Positions 10,672-21,016 of a stretch of 64,000 bases of DNA are shown in pieces. The position numbers and the translations under genes were made by a program. Each line of letters starts with the position of its first letter. Positions within the stretch are counted from its first letter, which is position 1. This DNA is from Epithemia pelagica (taxonomy: Eukaryota > Protista > Bacillariophyta): NCBI GenBank assembly GCA_946965045.2, contig OX337236.1:2604001-2668000 (forward strand). Direction: 5' to 3'. Under the pieces are notes generated by a model. The model searched no databases, was not told the origin of the DNA, and saw only the letters and a list, made by a program, of their open reading frames with translations.

Positions 10672-13630
10672 ATGATGGACGACGAGGAGAAGAACGACTG
10701 GGAAGACGACGAGGAGAAGAACGACCGGGCAGGCAAGGACGAAGATAGCATGGCTCTATCTTCTGGTGCTCTAAAACCAAAGGAAACTGAATCGACATTG
10801 TCACTGGTTACTTTCCACCGTGAAGGTCCAGACACGGCCGAGAACGAGCAAGAAGGACTACCGGAACCAACCCAGCAAAAGATCCATGTAACGTTACGAG
10901 AAGCTCGGCGATATGGTATCAAGGAGCGACAAGGTGGTAAGCAATCGTCGATTTTCAAGTATTACTACGCGGGCCACGTCTTTGTTCATGACGAGGCGCG
11001 GCAGCGTACTTTGAAACGCTTCACCTATGATCGACTCTGTGATTTGTTTCTACCCCCGGTCAACAAGAACAAGGCAAAAACGAAACAGACCTCGCAACGT
11101 CCTTCGCGTTCGACGATTCAATCAGGAACTCGCTTCACCCAACCCTTGCTGGTGCGCCTTAGCAAGGACCACACGAGTTCGGGTATGGTAGTGGCCCATG
11201 ACATGGCCACAGACTATCTCCAAAAGAACCATCAGTTATGGACGAGTCATACAGTGATTGTTGTGGACATGTCGGGGTCCATGCGAGAAGATGATGTCAA
11301 TGGTGCGCGTTGTCGCGCCGATGGAGTATGGACGACATTGGCCCGCAATTTTTGTCGCAGTCAATTGGAATCTCAGTCCAATAGCCTCTACGATGTAGTG
11401 AGTGTCATTGCAATGCGCAAAACTGCCAAGGTCCTGATTTCCTGCGAGCCCCTGACGTGGGTTCTTTACAACAAATTTGTCGATTTTCGGGAGGTAAGTA
11501 CATTCAATAGACCTACATCATATCACCGCAGAAAATGCTCAAGGCACAGACTTTATCTGAACTATCGTTCATTACTGTTGTTTCTTCAAGTGGGACAACA
11601 TAAAACCCCATGGTCACGGGTTTTACAAGCCCGCACTTCAGAAAGCAGAAGAACTTCTTACTGTCAATAATCACGGTTTTTGTGCTCTATCACTTATGTT
11701 TTTCAGTGACGGTAAGCCATCCGACTTTTGCAAGGAGCTCGATTTCAGTCGCTATCACTACCAAGAAGTAGAAAAGGAGCCAATCAGTCAGTGCGGTCAA
11801 CTAGCATCCAAGTTTGGACGGAGACTTTCCATGACCTTTGTTGGCATGGCCAACAACAACGAACCATATGCGGCCCTTCGTCGTATGGCCAAGGAAGCCA
11901 AACAATTTGGAGCAATGGCTGAGTTTCATCAACCAACTCTAACTACAGACTCGTTGTCACAGGTGATTTCCAGTTCTGTTGCCACTTCACTGTCCACCAA
12001 GACTGAGCTGTCAAGACAGGGAGTTGGCAGTGGTGCGGCCCGATCGGTTCGAATGGACGTACAACGAGAGAAACAAAATGAGCCAGATAGCAAAAAACCG
12101 AACCCTGCGGAATGGCGCATCTTTTGTGACAGTCGGCGGGGGTACAATGTACGCCGTATTTGGACATGGAGTGACCAACGTCACGAGTTTGTTACTCTTG
12201 TCGATACGCGATGCCAAAGTTGCACCAAGCCCGTGGCCGATGCCGATTATCAGTCAATCGCAGAAGGAGGTATGAAATGTCCCACCTGCGAAGCATGCTT
12301 CTTTTGTGAGCGATGCGTTTCCGCTGGAACAATGCGCAATCATCAGGAGAACGAAGAATGCACCAAATGCCTTCAAGATCACCAAGATGGTGTCTTGATA
12401 ATGGGCCATCCAGTTCTTCCATACATGTCGTACAATGTTGCTTGGAAGCGTAAAGCATTCGGGGAGGGAGCGGAACGGCTGGCGTACAAGTTTCGTTTCA
12501 CAGACCCCAAGGGTAGGAAATTCGTTGGACCGTTGATGGTGGCTAAAGAATCACGATTTGTGGAGGATCTCGAAGAAAACCAGCGATCACAACAAACACA
12601 CAACGAAGAAGAGACGGAGAAGGATAAGTATCGTACCAGTCAACGACACTCTTATCACAAAACTTTTATGCGAACACAATCAATTGCATCTCAATATGCC
12701 TCACGATTCAATGAACGATTGGAGAAAAGACTCTCTTCTGATCAGATAAGTTATGTTCCTCGAATTGTGTTTGTCAAGCCGCTTGTGTTTGAACTTGAAG
12801 CATACGTGCCATACGAACCAAATGTGCCGTGGAAAGATGACGTGGACAGCAACCGTAATGAAATGCCAATGGACGGTTCTTTGGAAAAGGAAGAACAGAC
12901 ATCCAAAACGTACAATGTATTGGTGGAACCGTTCATTGAAGGGCACTACCGAAAATTTGTTGACAATCACGGGGGTGATAGGCAAGGGGTGGCAACTATC
13001 GGAACTCAGAATCAAGGCATCGACTCCGTTGGCACAGCACTACTGTTGGGAAGACGTCTTGGGGACAAGAAAGACTCCATGGGCAGTCTTAGCTTTGACG
13101 AGGAGGCGACTGATCAAGAAGACCAAGATGACGGGAAAGAGAATGATTTGTGTATCATTGAGGAAGGTGAAGAAGATGAGGAAGAATACGAAAGTGACGA
13201 AGAACAAGAGTCCGAGAATGATCAAACATTGGATGTTTGCCTGGATGTTTCGACGATTCGTGATTCTGATTATTTGAAGGCATTTAGTCATTTTTCTCAT
13301 GTCAACAGTCGAGGTTCCTTAATGGTAGTAGATCTCCAAGGCACATTGCAACGAACTGTAGCCGCCCCACGCAAAACCTATGTCTTGACTGATCCTGCCA
13401 TTCATCAGCGATTCCGCAAGAAAAAGAAAAGACAATTTGGTCGCACTGATTTGGGTTTCGAAGGCATCAAGGCATTTTTTGCTACCCATGAATGCAACGA
13501 CGTCTGTCGTTTCTTGGGTCTACGTGACAGAAAGAAGCCGGACGAACAACAGCAACCACAACAGGAGACGAAACCAGAAGTGGAGAAAACACCCAGACAA
13601 GGTCAGATATGTTCCTCAGAAGAGATGTAG
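10672..13630 (+). CDS. VWA domain + Cys-rich Zn finger + alpha-kinase (eEF2K/MHCK-type); join(10672..11493,11591..13630), about 953 aa
   Basis: MIDAS motif VVDMSGSM and later FFSDG. Phase-0 intron GAG|GTAAGT...TTCTTCAAG|TGG (11494-11590) joins the two ORFs in frame (FRE|WDNIKPHGHG). Alpha-kinase motifs FGEGAERLAYK, VAKES, VLVEPFIEGHYRKF, AFSHFS, LMVVDLQG, LTDPAIH, GRTDLG..GIKAFF.TH.CN..C..LGL. Confidence 0.9.
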
Positions 13631-14353
13631 GTCTAGGTAAAATCTGTCAATGGTGTAGAAAGAATGGTAAAGAATAACACGTTGAACTAACTTGTACAAG
13701 GAGATTATGACGCTGTTTAATAGGATGGAAGACGACATTGACTTGTGCTATCTTGACTGGCCATCGACAAAGGAAGGAGATCAAGAAGTTAACTTTCCAT
13801 ATAGTCACTTCGAGGAAAGGAGTCCCTCCTCTGTGCCTTCTCAGGAACTATAGTATGAGATGGCGAAGTTTTCGTGGTATAGCAGAGCTGTGGATCGTTC
13901 CCAGTACTTGCAACATGTCTCACCTTCATGTCCTTACAGGACCATCAGCAGTTGTGCAGATTTCCCTGTTGAGTTCGCCATCATTATACCAGTTCATCAA
14001 GTCCCAGAGGAAGCTATTGTAGCAAAATGCCTCCTGGTGCACTACCTACCTCTAGGTAGATATTCTCTCTAGTGTGTATCCCGTATTGTGGCGGGACCAA
14101 ACCATTACATTCTATCGAGAGTAGATCACATTCATAAATTTTAAGTTTGTCTTGTAATGAATTCGTACGCTAGAGAGTTGGAGAACACATCAAGACCAAG
14201 AAGAGAATGAGAAGCTTCTCATACCACGAAAATTCTACGAAAAGCGAACCCATGTGGTTGTGGTCACATTATTGTAGGAGCATCCATATTTTAGGCTCAA
14301 TAATAAAAGACACAACACAACGAGAAGGAATTTGATGCGAAGAACGAAGCGGT

Positions 14354-15673
14354 ATGGAACTCCAAGCTCCAAACAACAACAAGAAAAAGATACTGCTGTG
14401 TGGAGGTGGCAATGCCATTCATGTACTGTCTAGTTACATTAGCGCCCAAACGAAGGACTTTGAAGTACAGATATTGTCTCTGTTTCCAGGAGAAGCCAAA
14501 CGGTTGCGTGAGTCTGCGAAATGCGATGGTATTCGCTGCATGAATGACCGTGGCAAGGACGTCCAGGGCATCATTCCGACCGTCATTACCGACCAAGCAA
14601 GCGAGGTGGCGGACGATTTGAGTGTCGTGATTTTGGCTCTTCCCTCCTTTACGCATGAACAATATCTGTCAGCTTTGAAGCCACGCCTGGTTCCTGGCGT
14701 AATTATTGGTGCCATGCCTGGAGAGGGGGCGTTTGATGTTTGTGCTCGCCACGTCTTGGGACGAGACTTTTGTGACAAGTCGTACTTGTTTGCCACGGAA
14801 ACCTTGCCCTGGGCATGCCGCATAGTCGATTATGGTCAATCGGTACAAGTCTTGGGAACGAAAAAGGAAATTGATATTGTACTGGCACCATACAGTAGCC
14901 AAGTCATGGCTTTGGTGCAAAAAATGATTGGAAGTTTGCCCAAACTTGTGCGGGTAAACAACTTTTTGACGGTGACACTCATGAATATCAATTCTATTGG
15001 TCACCCCGCCATTTCTTATGCATTTTACTGCCAGAAGGATTTAACCATCCCCTTCGACGAACCTCCTCTCTTCTATCAAGGTGCTAATGAATATACCGGC
15101 CAAGTCTTGTCCCAACTGTCCGATGAAGTTTTGGCCTTGGGTCGAGCCTTGCAAGAAAGATATCCGGGCTTGGACATGAGCTCGTTGCATCATGTTCACG
15201 ATTGGCTGCTCAAGTCGTATGGTCCCGATATTGCCGATACGACCAATATTTACACCATGCTGCTCACAAATAAGGGCTTTCGAGGTCTTACGCATCCCAT
15301 GATTCCCATGGAAGTACCGGAAGAGGAGGTCAAAGGTGATGCAACAAACCATGTTGGTACAGTAGCAGCAACCACTGCTACTACCACCACCACCACCACC
15401 ACCAAGTATTTGCCCAATTTTCAAAGTCGCTACTTTATTGAAGACGTACCCTGTGGACTGGTGGTAACTCGAGGTATTGCCGAATTGGCAAACTTTCCCA
15501 CGCCCTTCATTGACCGAGTACTTCTCTGGTGTCAGGAATGTATGGGTAGAGAATACTTGGTCGATGGAAAGTTGCTGGGAAAGGATGTGCCGCAGACAAG
15601 GTGTCCGCAGCGCTACGGGTTCAACGATTTGGACACGTTCATGACTCAAAATGGCTACTATACATTGGGCTAG
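14354..15673 (+). CDS. NAD-dependent opine dehydrogenase (octopine/tauropine dehydrogenase family)
   Basis: Rossmann motif ILLCGGGNAIH; LALPSF.HE.YL; ETLPWACRI; HP..SY; PPLFYQG; SRYFIEDVPCGLV..RGIAELA..PTP.ID.VL.WCQ. These match my recollection of the Octopine_DH family. Confidence 0.9.
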   Translation: MELQAPNNNKKKILLCGGGNAIHVLSSYISAQTKDFEVQILSLFPGEAKRLRESAKCDGIRCMNDRGKDVQGIIPTVITDQASEVADDLSVVILALPSFTHEQYLSALKPRLVPGVIIGAMPGEGAFDVCARHVLGRDFCDKSYLFATETLPWACRIVDYGQSVQVLGTKKEIDIVLAPYSSQVMALVQKMIGSLPKLVRVNNFLTVTLMNINSIGHPAISYAFYCQKDLTIPFDEPPLFYQGANEYTGQVLSQLSDEVLALGRALQERYPGLDMSSLHHVHDWLLKSYGPDIADTTNIYTMLLTNKGFRGLTHPMIPMEVPEEEVKGDATNHVGTVAATTATTTTTTTTKYLPNFQSRYFIEDVPCGLVVTRGIAELANFPTPFIDRVLLWCQECMGREYLVDGKLLGKDVPQTRCPQRYGFNDLDTFMTQNGYYTLG

Positions 15674-16902
15674 GCTACTTTGGGCTAGGCTCCAAACGAC
15701 AAGACCCTTCAAAAAACCTGTTGAGCAACAGGATTTTGGAAGATGCATTGTAGCTCCGCATAACCAATAGTAAAGGTATAAAACTTAGCAAAGGTATAAA
15801 GCTTACCCATAACTCATTAAGACCACGATGAGGGTCTTACTACAGCTCTATGTTCTCTTCAAGTCAAAGACTCCTCCTCGTCCTCAGGTTTCTTTATTTT
15901 CGAATCATCACTGCCGTGACGGCTGCAGAAGTACGCATGCGAATGATCGCCATACAATAATGATGTCATCAAAAGCAGCATCCATTCGCACGTTTTCACG
16001 CCATTGCTTGTGTTTCGTATGCTCCTTACTGTTGGTCCACATCATTCTCATCCAAACAATGCCGAACACAGTCAACCCAGTAAATGAAGAGAGAACCATG
16101 TAGAGCGAATTCAAATTTTCACTTGGACATCCTTCCATTAGAACTTACCCCCAAGCAGGGGTGAGTGAGTCCCGCGTGATCGAATACGCTGCGCTTGTAT
16201 TCCCTTACTCACCCCCAAGGCGCGTCGGCTGCTCCCAACTTTGAAACAAACTCAGAACAACCACAACGCAAACACCACGAGGCCCATCTGGCTGTGGATG
16301 TAACAACACCCATGGACCCTCCCAAGTCCAACCGTGTTGTCCATGCTGTCTCTAACAACCCAAGGGACACTCCTGGCGCTGCAATTGCTGGTGCGCACAC
16401 TTTCATTCCAAACACAATGCTACCGCGACAAATCCTCCAAACGTACAACAATCAACGATACCAACGCATCCTTGCGAATGACAATGCACTACACGACACA
16501 AACAAACGATCCTACAAAGGAGGCGGTGCCGACAACAACACAGCCATCGTCTCCCAAGAAAATGTCCGTCCAACGATGTGCTCACTTGTACTTGGCCGCA
16601 GCAGCCCAACGGAACAACAAAGGAGGGGGGTACCAAACAAACCCAAAACGAAATAGAACCCATCCAAATGCATAGATTTTAGAGTGGGTATCACCAAACT
16701 TGCTGTAGAACCACGATCAAACGTTCAGGCTGAAAAAATAGTGGATTCTCTCATGAGCTTGCGCTCATGCATGACCGTGAGCCGTGAGACTTGACGAGAC
16801 ATGGACAAAGAAATCTACAAGTCCATTTTGTACTCAATAGTCTATACTGTTTCAGAAGCGAGTACTCTTTACGTAGTAGTGGATCTAGCTTCACGGAATC
16901 AT

Positions 16903-16926
16903 CACACACACACACACACACACACA
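16903..16926. repeat. (CA)12 microsatellite
   Basis: Directly visible. Confidence 0.95.
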
Positions 16927-17349
16927 CCAAACCATGAAATACACACACATGGTGCAATGCACCTCTAGAGGAGTATCAAAACAAGCTCCTGGCACTTTGT
17001 CTATGGGAAAGATAAAAGCATAGTCCACTACTAGTTTAGGCTTCCTGCTTCCTGGGCTTACATACCCCATGATGACGCTGTCAACCAGTGCACTAGTTGA
17101 TTGTTCATTGCACTGGTTGATTGTCATGTTTCATGTTGTCATCCTTCCTTTGATGCATTCCACCTTCACTTGTGATCTAGGTGGATGGTTTTGACCATAA
17201 AGTTGTCACTTTGGTCGTTCGTCCGGCTGGGTGGTTTTCTTTTGGTTTTTCGTGTGCTCATGGTCGTCTTTTGTGGTGTTGGTCGAAAAGTGAGATGATT
17301 CTTGGCCCATGTGCCAGCAATACAAGGCGTGACCGGCGCGTCGATTTGG

Positions 17350-19181
17350 AACGATCGAAGGGAGGCTGGCGATGTCACCCGGCTGGCGCTTTGGGAAAGA
17401 CAATTTTTTCCATTCGGATGACGGACGAACAAAGGTACCCCCCCCCCAATCGCACCCAATAAAATCGTGGAAACAAGTATCAACACCAGATCCCGGACTG
17501 AAGGTCGTAAAAAAGATCATGGACAAAAATGGTGCTACAGAAAAAACCTGATCAGTGATCAGATCCAAACGCGAGTATATTCCCAACAACACAGCGCCGA
17601 TCGCCAGAGATAGCGTTTCTGTAGCAATGCCCAGCCACACCGTGAAATTCGACAGTGTACCAAAATCGGTAACAACGTTGATGAACAAAAATTCAACCGA
17701 AAGACCATGATAATAAGCAATATTGCCATCAATGCTTTGAGGACTCTGCTCAGCTTCAGAGATGTATGTAGCAGTGCTTCCGCTTCTTCCTTGATGGCAA
17801 ATCGCCAGTCTGCCAACGACAAGAGAAAGGGCTGGACGCAGAAAAAGGCAAGCACACCAGCGGCGACCAAAACCAACGCCGAAAGTTCCTCTGTCGAATC
17901 CCAAAATCCAACAATGAACAAACCATAGACCAAGGAAGTAAACACTGTGGTTCCGACAAGTGTCGGGTTGGACATAACTTCCACTTCAAAAAAGAATTTC
18001 CAGTCAGACCATTTGTATCAATGACTTTGGTTTGCCCTACCGCCAGAGCATAGAGAACCTTGTCTCGGTCGACCTGTGCCAGATTATTAACCCTAACGGT
18101 ATTGCGATGCAAGGATGAGACAGTAATCTTGTTGTCCGCTTATCGTGAGAGCTTGGGAATGTGATCATTGGTGACCAGTAAAATGTGATGCTTTTCACGC
18201 ATTTTCTCCAAACGCTTGGAAAAAAAGACTACAAAGTCATGAGTAACTCCAGCAAACGGTTCATCTAGAATGATGAGAAGTCCCGACTGGTTGACTGTGC
18301 GTTGAAAGAGCAACTCAAATAGTAACAATTTCCGTTGCCCTCCGGATAAACCCGGTATGAATTCTCCTGCCATGGTTCCACCGACTTTGATCGTGAAGGC
18401 TGTTTCTTCCTTGGCGTAGAGTTCCCAAAAGGGCAACGTGGTTGGATCAAAGTTGGGTATTTTGCGAACTGGAACATAGGGCCGCATGGTATGGTGTTGT
18501 CGAATATAAATGCATGGATGTCTTTGATACAGATCATTCACCAATGTGGTTTTGCCCGATCCAGAACGTCCAACTATGACCGTAATGGTTCCAGAAGTAG
18601 ATGAACAAGTGGACTCGTCTTGATGTCGCTCTCTAGGTCCAGACGACAGCAGCTGTGGCTGGACTAGCGGCATTGCGGATGAGTCTGAATTATCGCCTCC
18701 ACATTCCTCCTCGTCAGTGCGTCTTTTTCTTTCATACAATTCACGCCGAAGCTCTTCGAGCAGTTCAATATTCTCATTTTTTATTCCTGTTGTGGTCTTC
18801 CCTCCTGTAGGTCCTTCACCCCTAACAACTCGTTCTTCTTGCTTGTTCTTGCCACGGATCTTACGGGTAACTTCCGGCAAGGGATTCATAAACAAGATCA
18901 CAATCAGGCCAATCACCGATGATAGAAACATCAATGGAATAATCCAATCATCTGTCCACTTGAATGGTCAAATCTTTTTCCTCATCCACATTTGTGTTCC
19001 AGTATGGCAATTCCGTTGGATCAAATTTGGGAATTTTTGAAACTGGAATATAAGGTCTGATGGAATGGAATTGCCGAATGTAAATACATTGCCTTCGGTG
19101 TCGTTCACGTCGTTCATGGACGTGATTCAAAAAGGTTGTCTTGCCCGATCCTGAGCTGCCAATCACAACTGTCAATGTCAT
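17350..19181 (-). pseudogene. Decayed compact (NBD-TMD)x2 ABC-type gene, paralogue of 37235-40402
   Basis: Starts MTLTVVIGSSGSGKTTF like the + copy. Unit 1 jumps from IQV (about 18955) to its last TM helix. Unit 2 keeps GRSGSGKTT, LSGGQ and ILDEPF but is split over several frames (18140, 17756, 17559 and 17206 ORFs) and lacks the ELRYLF..EGCP segment. The 3' boundary is approximate. Confidence 0.8.
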
Positions 19182-19266
19182 CGTGTTGCGTTACGCAAAC
19201 ATTTGTTTGTCCAAGATGCTTTGTATTTTTTTTTGTGTGCTAGAATAGGTTATGGGTGTGACTAAA

Positions 19267-20251
19267 CTAGAACTTGGGTGGGGTGATCATGGGTGGAGTG
19301 TAGGCGGTGTGTGGGTTGTAGGGGTGGGGGAAGTATCGGGTAGCTGGACAGACGGTGAAAACAGAAGATTTTTGGATTCGGCAAAGTTGTCGTTGGTTGG
19401 AGAGGTGCAAGTCGGTGGTTGCTAAAGCATCGAGGACATGTTGGGCCAAGGCCGTGGTGATTGCGTGTCCGAGAGTAAGCGTCGCGTGTCGTCGGAGGGA
19501 CATTTGGAAGGGTTGTGGGCGTGGGTTGGTGCGAAGCTGGGCGGTGTGGATGAGGTTGGAGGGTGCAAACTCCGTCAAATTATTGAAAGCCAAAAAACCA
19601 TCGGGGTGTGGGAGGCAGCGGTCGGAACGTCCGAGTTGCGGTGTTGTCCATGGTGGGGGATTGGATGGGGAGAGGGAATACCAGGGAGGGGGACCAAAGA
19701 AGAAAGTGTGGGCGAAGTTACCGAGGCCACCTAAGTGGTCGATGGAAAAAGGCAAAAGGAGTAAATTGTTGCTGTTGATGAGTGCAGTGGTGGTTGTGTC
19801 ATGTGTGAATTTGTGGCGAGCGGCCGCGTGGTGAATCAGGGAGGCGTCGTTGGCAATGTTGTCGAATGATTGGCCAGGGCGGTGCTGCTCAGTGGAGATG
19901 GGGGTGGGAGGCAAGTGTGGGTGGGCGGGGGGAATCGTGATATCGATTGCAACATAGTGGAAGCGATCGGCGGGGAGTGGTGGATGGAGAGCAATTCCAA
20001 TGTCCGCGGGACGGATGTTTCTGGGGTGGTGGGGGAGGAGATTTGTTGGCTCGAGGTGTACGTTGTATTGTGTGCGAGTCCATTGTGCTCTGGGAGCAAG
20101 TTCTTGGACGAGAAAGAAGACGGCATCTCGAAGTTTGTTGGATAGTTTGGTTTTATGGTGTTTTGAGCATGAAAAGAGGTGATCACCGTATGGATCAAGC
20201 CGGTGGTGGTTGGAGCAAAAACAAGAAGAGGGAAAATGAGCGGGGAGGAAG
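19267..20251 (-). pseudogene. C-terminal part of non-LTR ORF2: Zn knuckle + restriction-like endonuclease
   Basis: CFCSNHHRLDPYGDHLFSC, RPADIG, VAIDITI, ARHKF, LLPFSIDHLGGLG. In frame with 27009-28050 once the LTR element and one TSD copy are removed. Confidence 0.85.
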
Positions 20252-21016
20252 TAGTACAGATTCATCAATACACGCTCTAGAAGAGCCACAATCGATTACC
20301 AACTGATACCAAGGTTCTCCACGGGTCAGAGAACAAAGGAAACCCAAGGGTTCTATCGTAGGGATAGTCAGGACACTGAAGACGTGATGATATGGTAATG
20401 TTAATGATTGTGAGCTTACTACTAGGTTTGGTGTGTGAGGTTTCCATTCTTGTTGTCGATCGTGTGAAATAGGTTCTTGGCGGTGATAGGACTGGAATGG
20501 TTGGAGTTGATGTATGTGAGGTATATGACATGTATATGTGCTTGTATAACATATACAGCCTCAACAATTCTTGGCTAAAGTTGGTATATGAAGTTTTGTT
20601 GGCGCGTCCTTGTTTGCAATCTTGAAATAGTGGGAACGATGATATGGTCTCGCGTGATCGTGATTCGTGCCTTGGGTACTTAGACCGTTGGGTCGGATAC
20701 ATGCTCGCCACGCTCGGATAGTTCTTGCGCGCGTCTTGACGAATTTGGGCGCGCTCGCTTAGGACAAAGGTCAGGCTTGAATGTTCAACGGATGATCGTC
20801 CGTTGATAGGATATCAAGACCAAAGTTGAGTCTTGATAGCACGTTCGTCAATCTGTTCTCACTTTTTGTATATGCGACCGAAATATAGGTTGAGCTAGCA
20901 CGAAGCTAGGTATGTAGTGTGGATGTAGGTGGTGTAGGTGATGTTTGAAGCCACGGGACTCGACTAACCGATGAGGTGCCGAACCTTACCGATGATTTTC
21001 GGTGAGAGTTCTACTA
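20252..21016 (-). repeat. 3' LTR (765 bp), ends TAGTAGA...TGTACTA in element orientation
   Basis: Near-identical to 26244-27008; I see two substitutions (20257 vs 26249, 20270 vs 26262). Confidence 0.95.

Noticed and set aside
20277-20711. Identical 144-aa ORF in both LTRs (also 26269-26703)
   Set aside because: The identity simply reflects LTR duplication; the composition is not protein-like.
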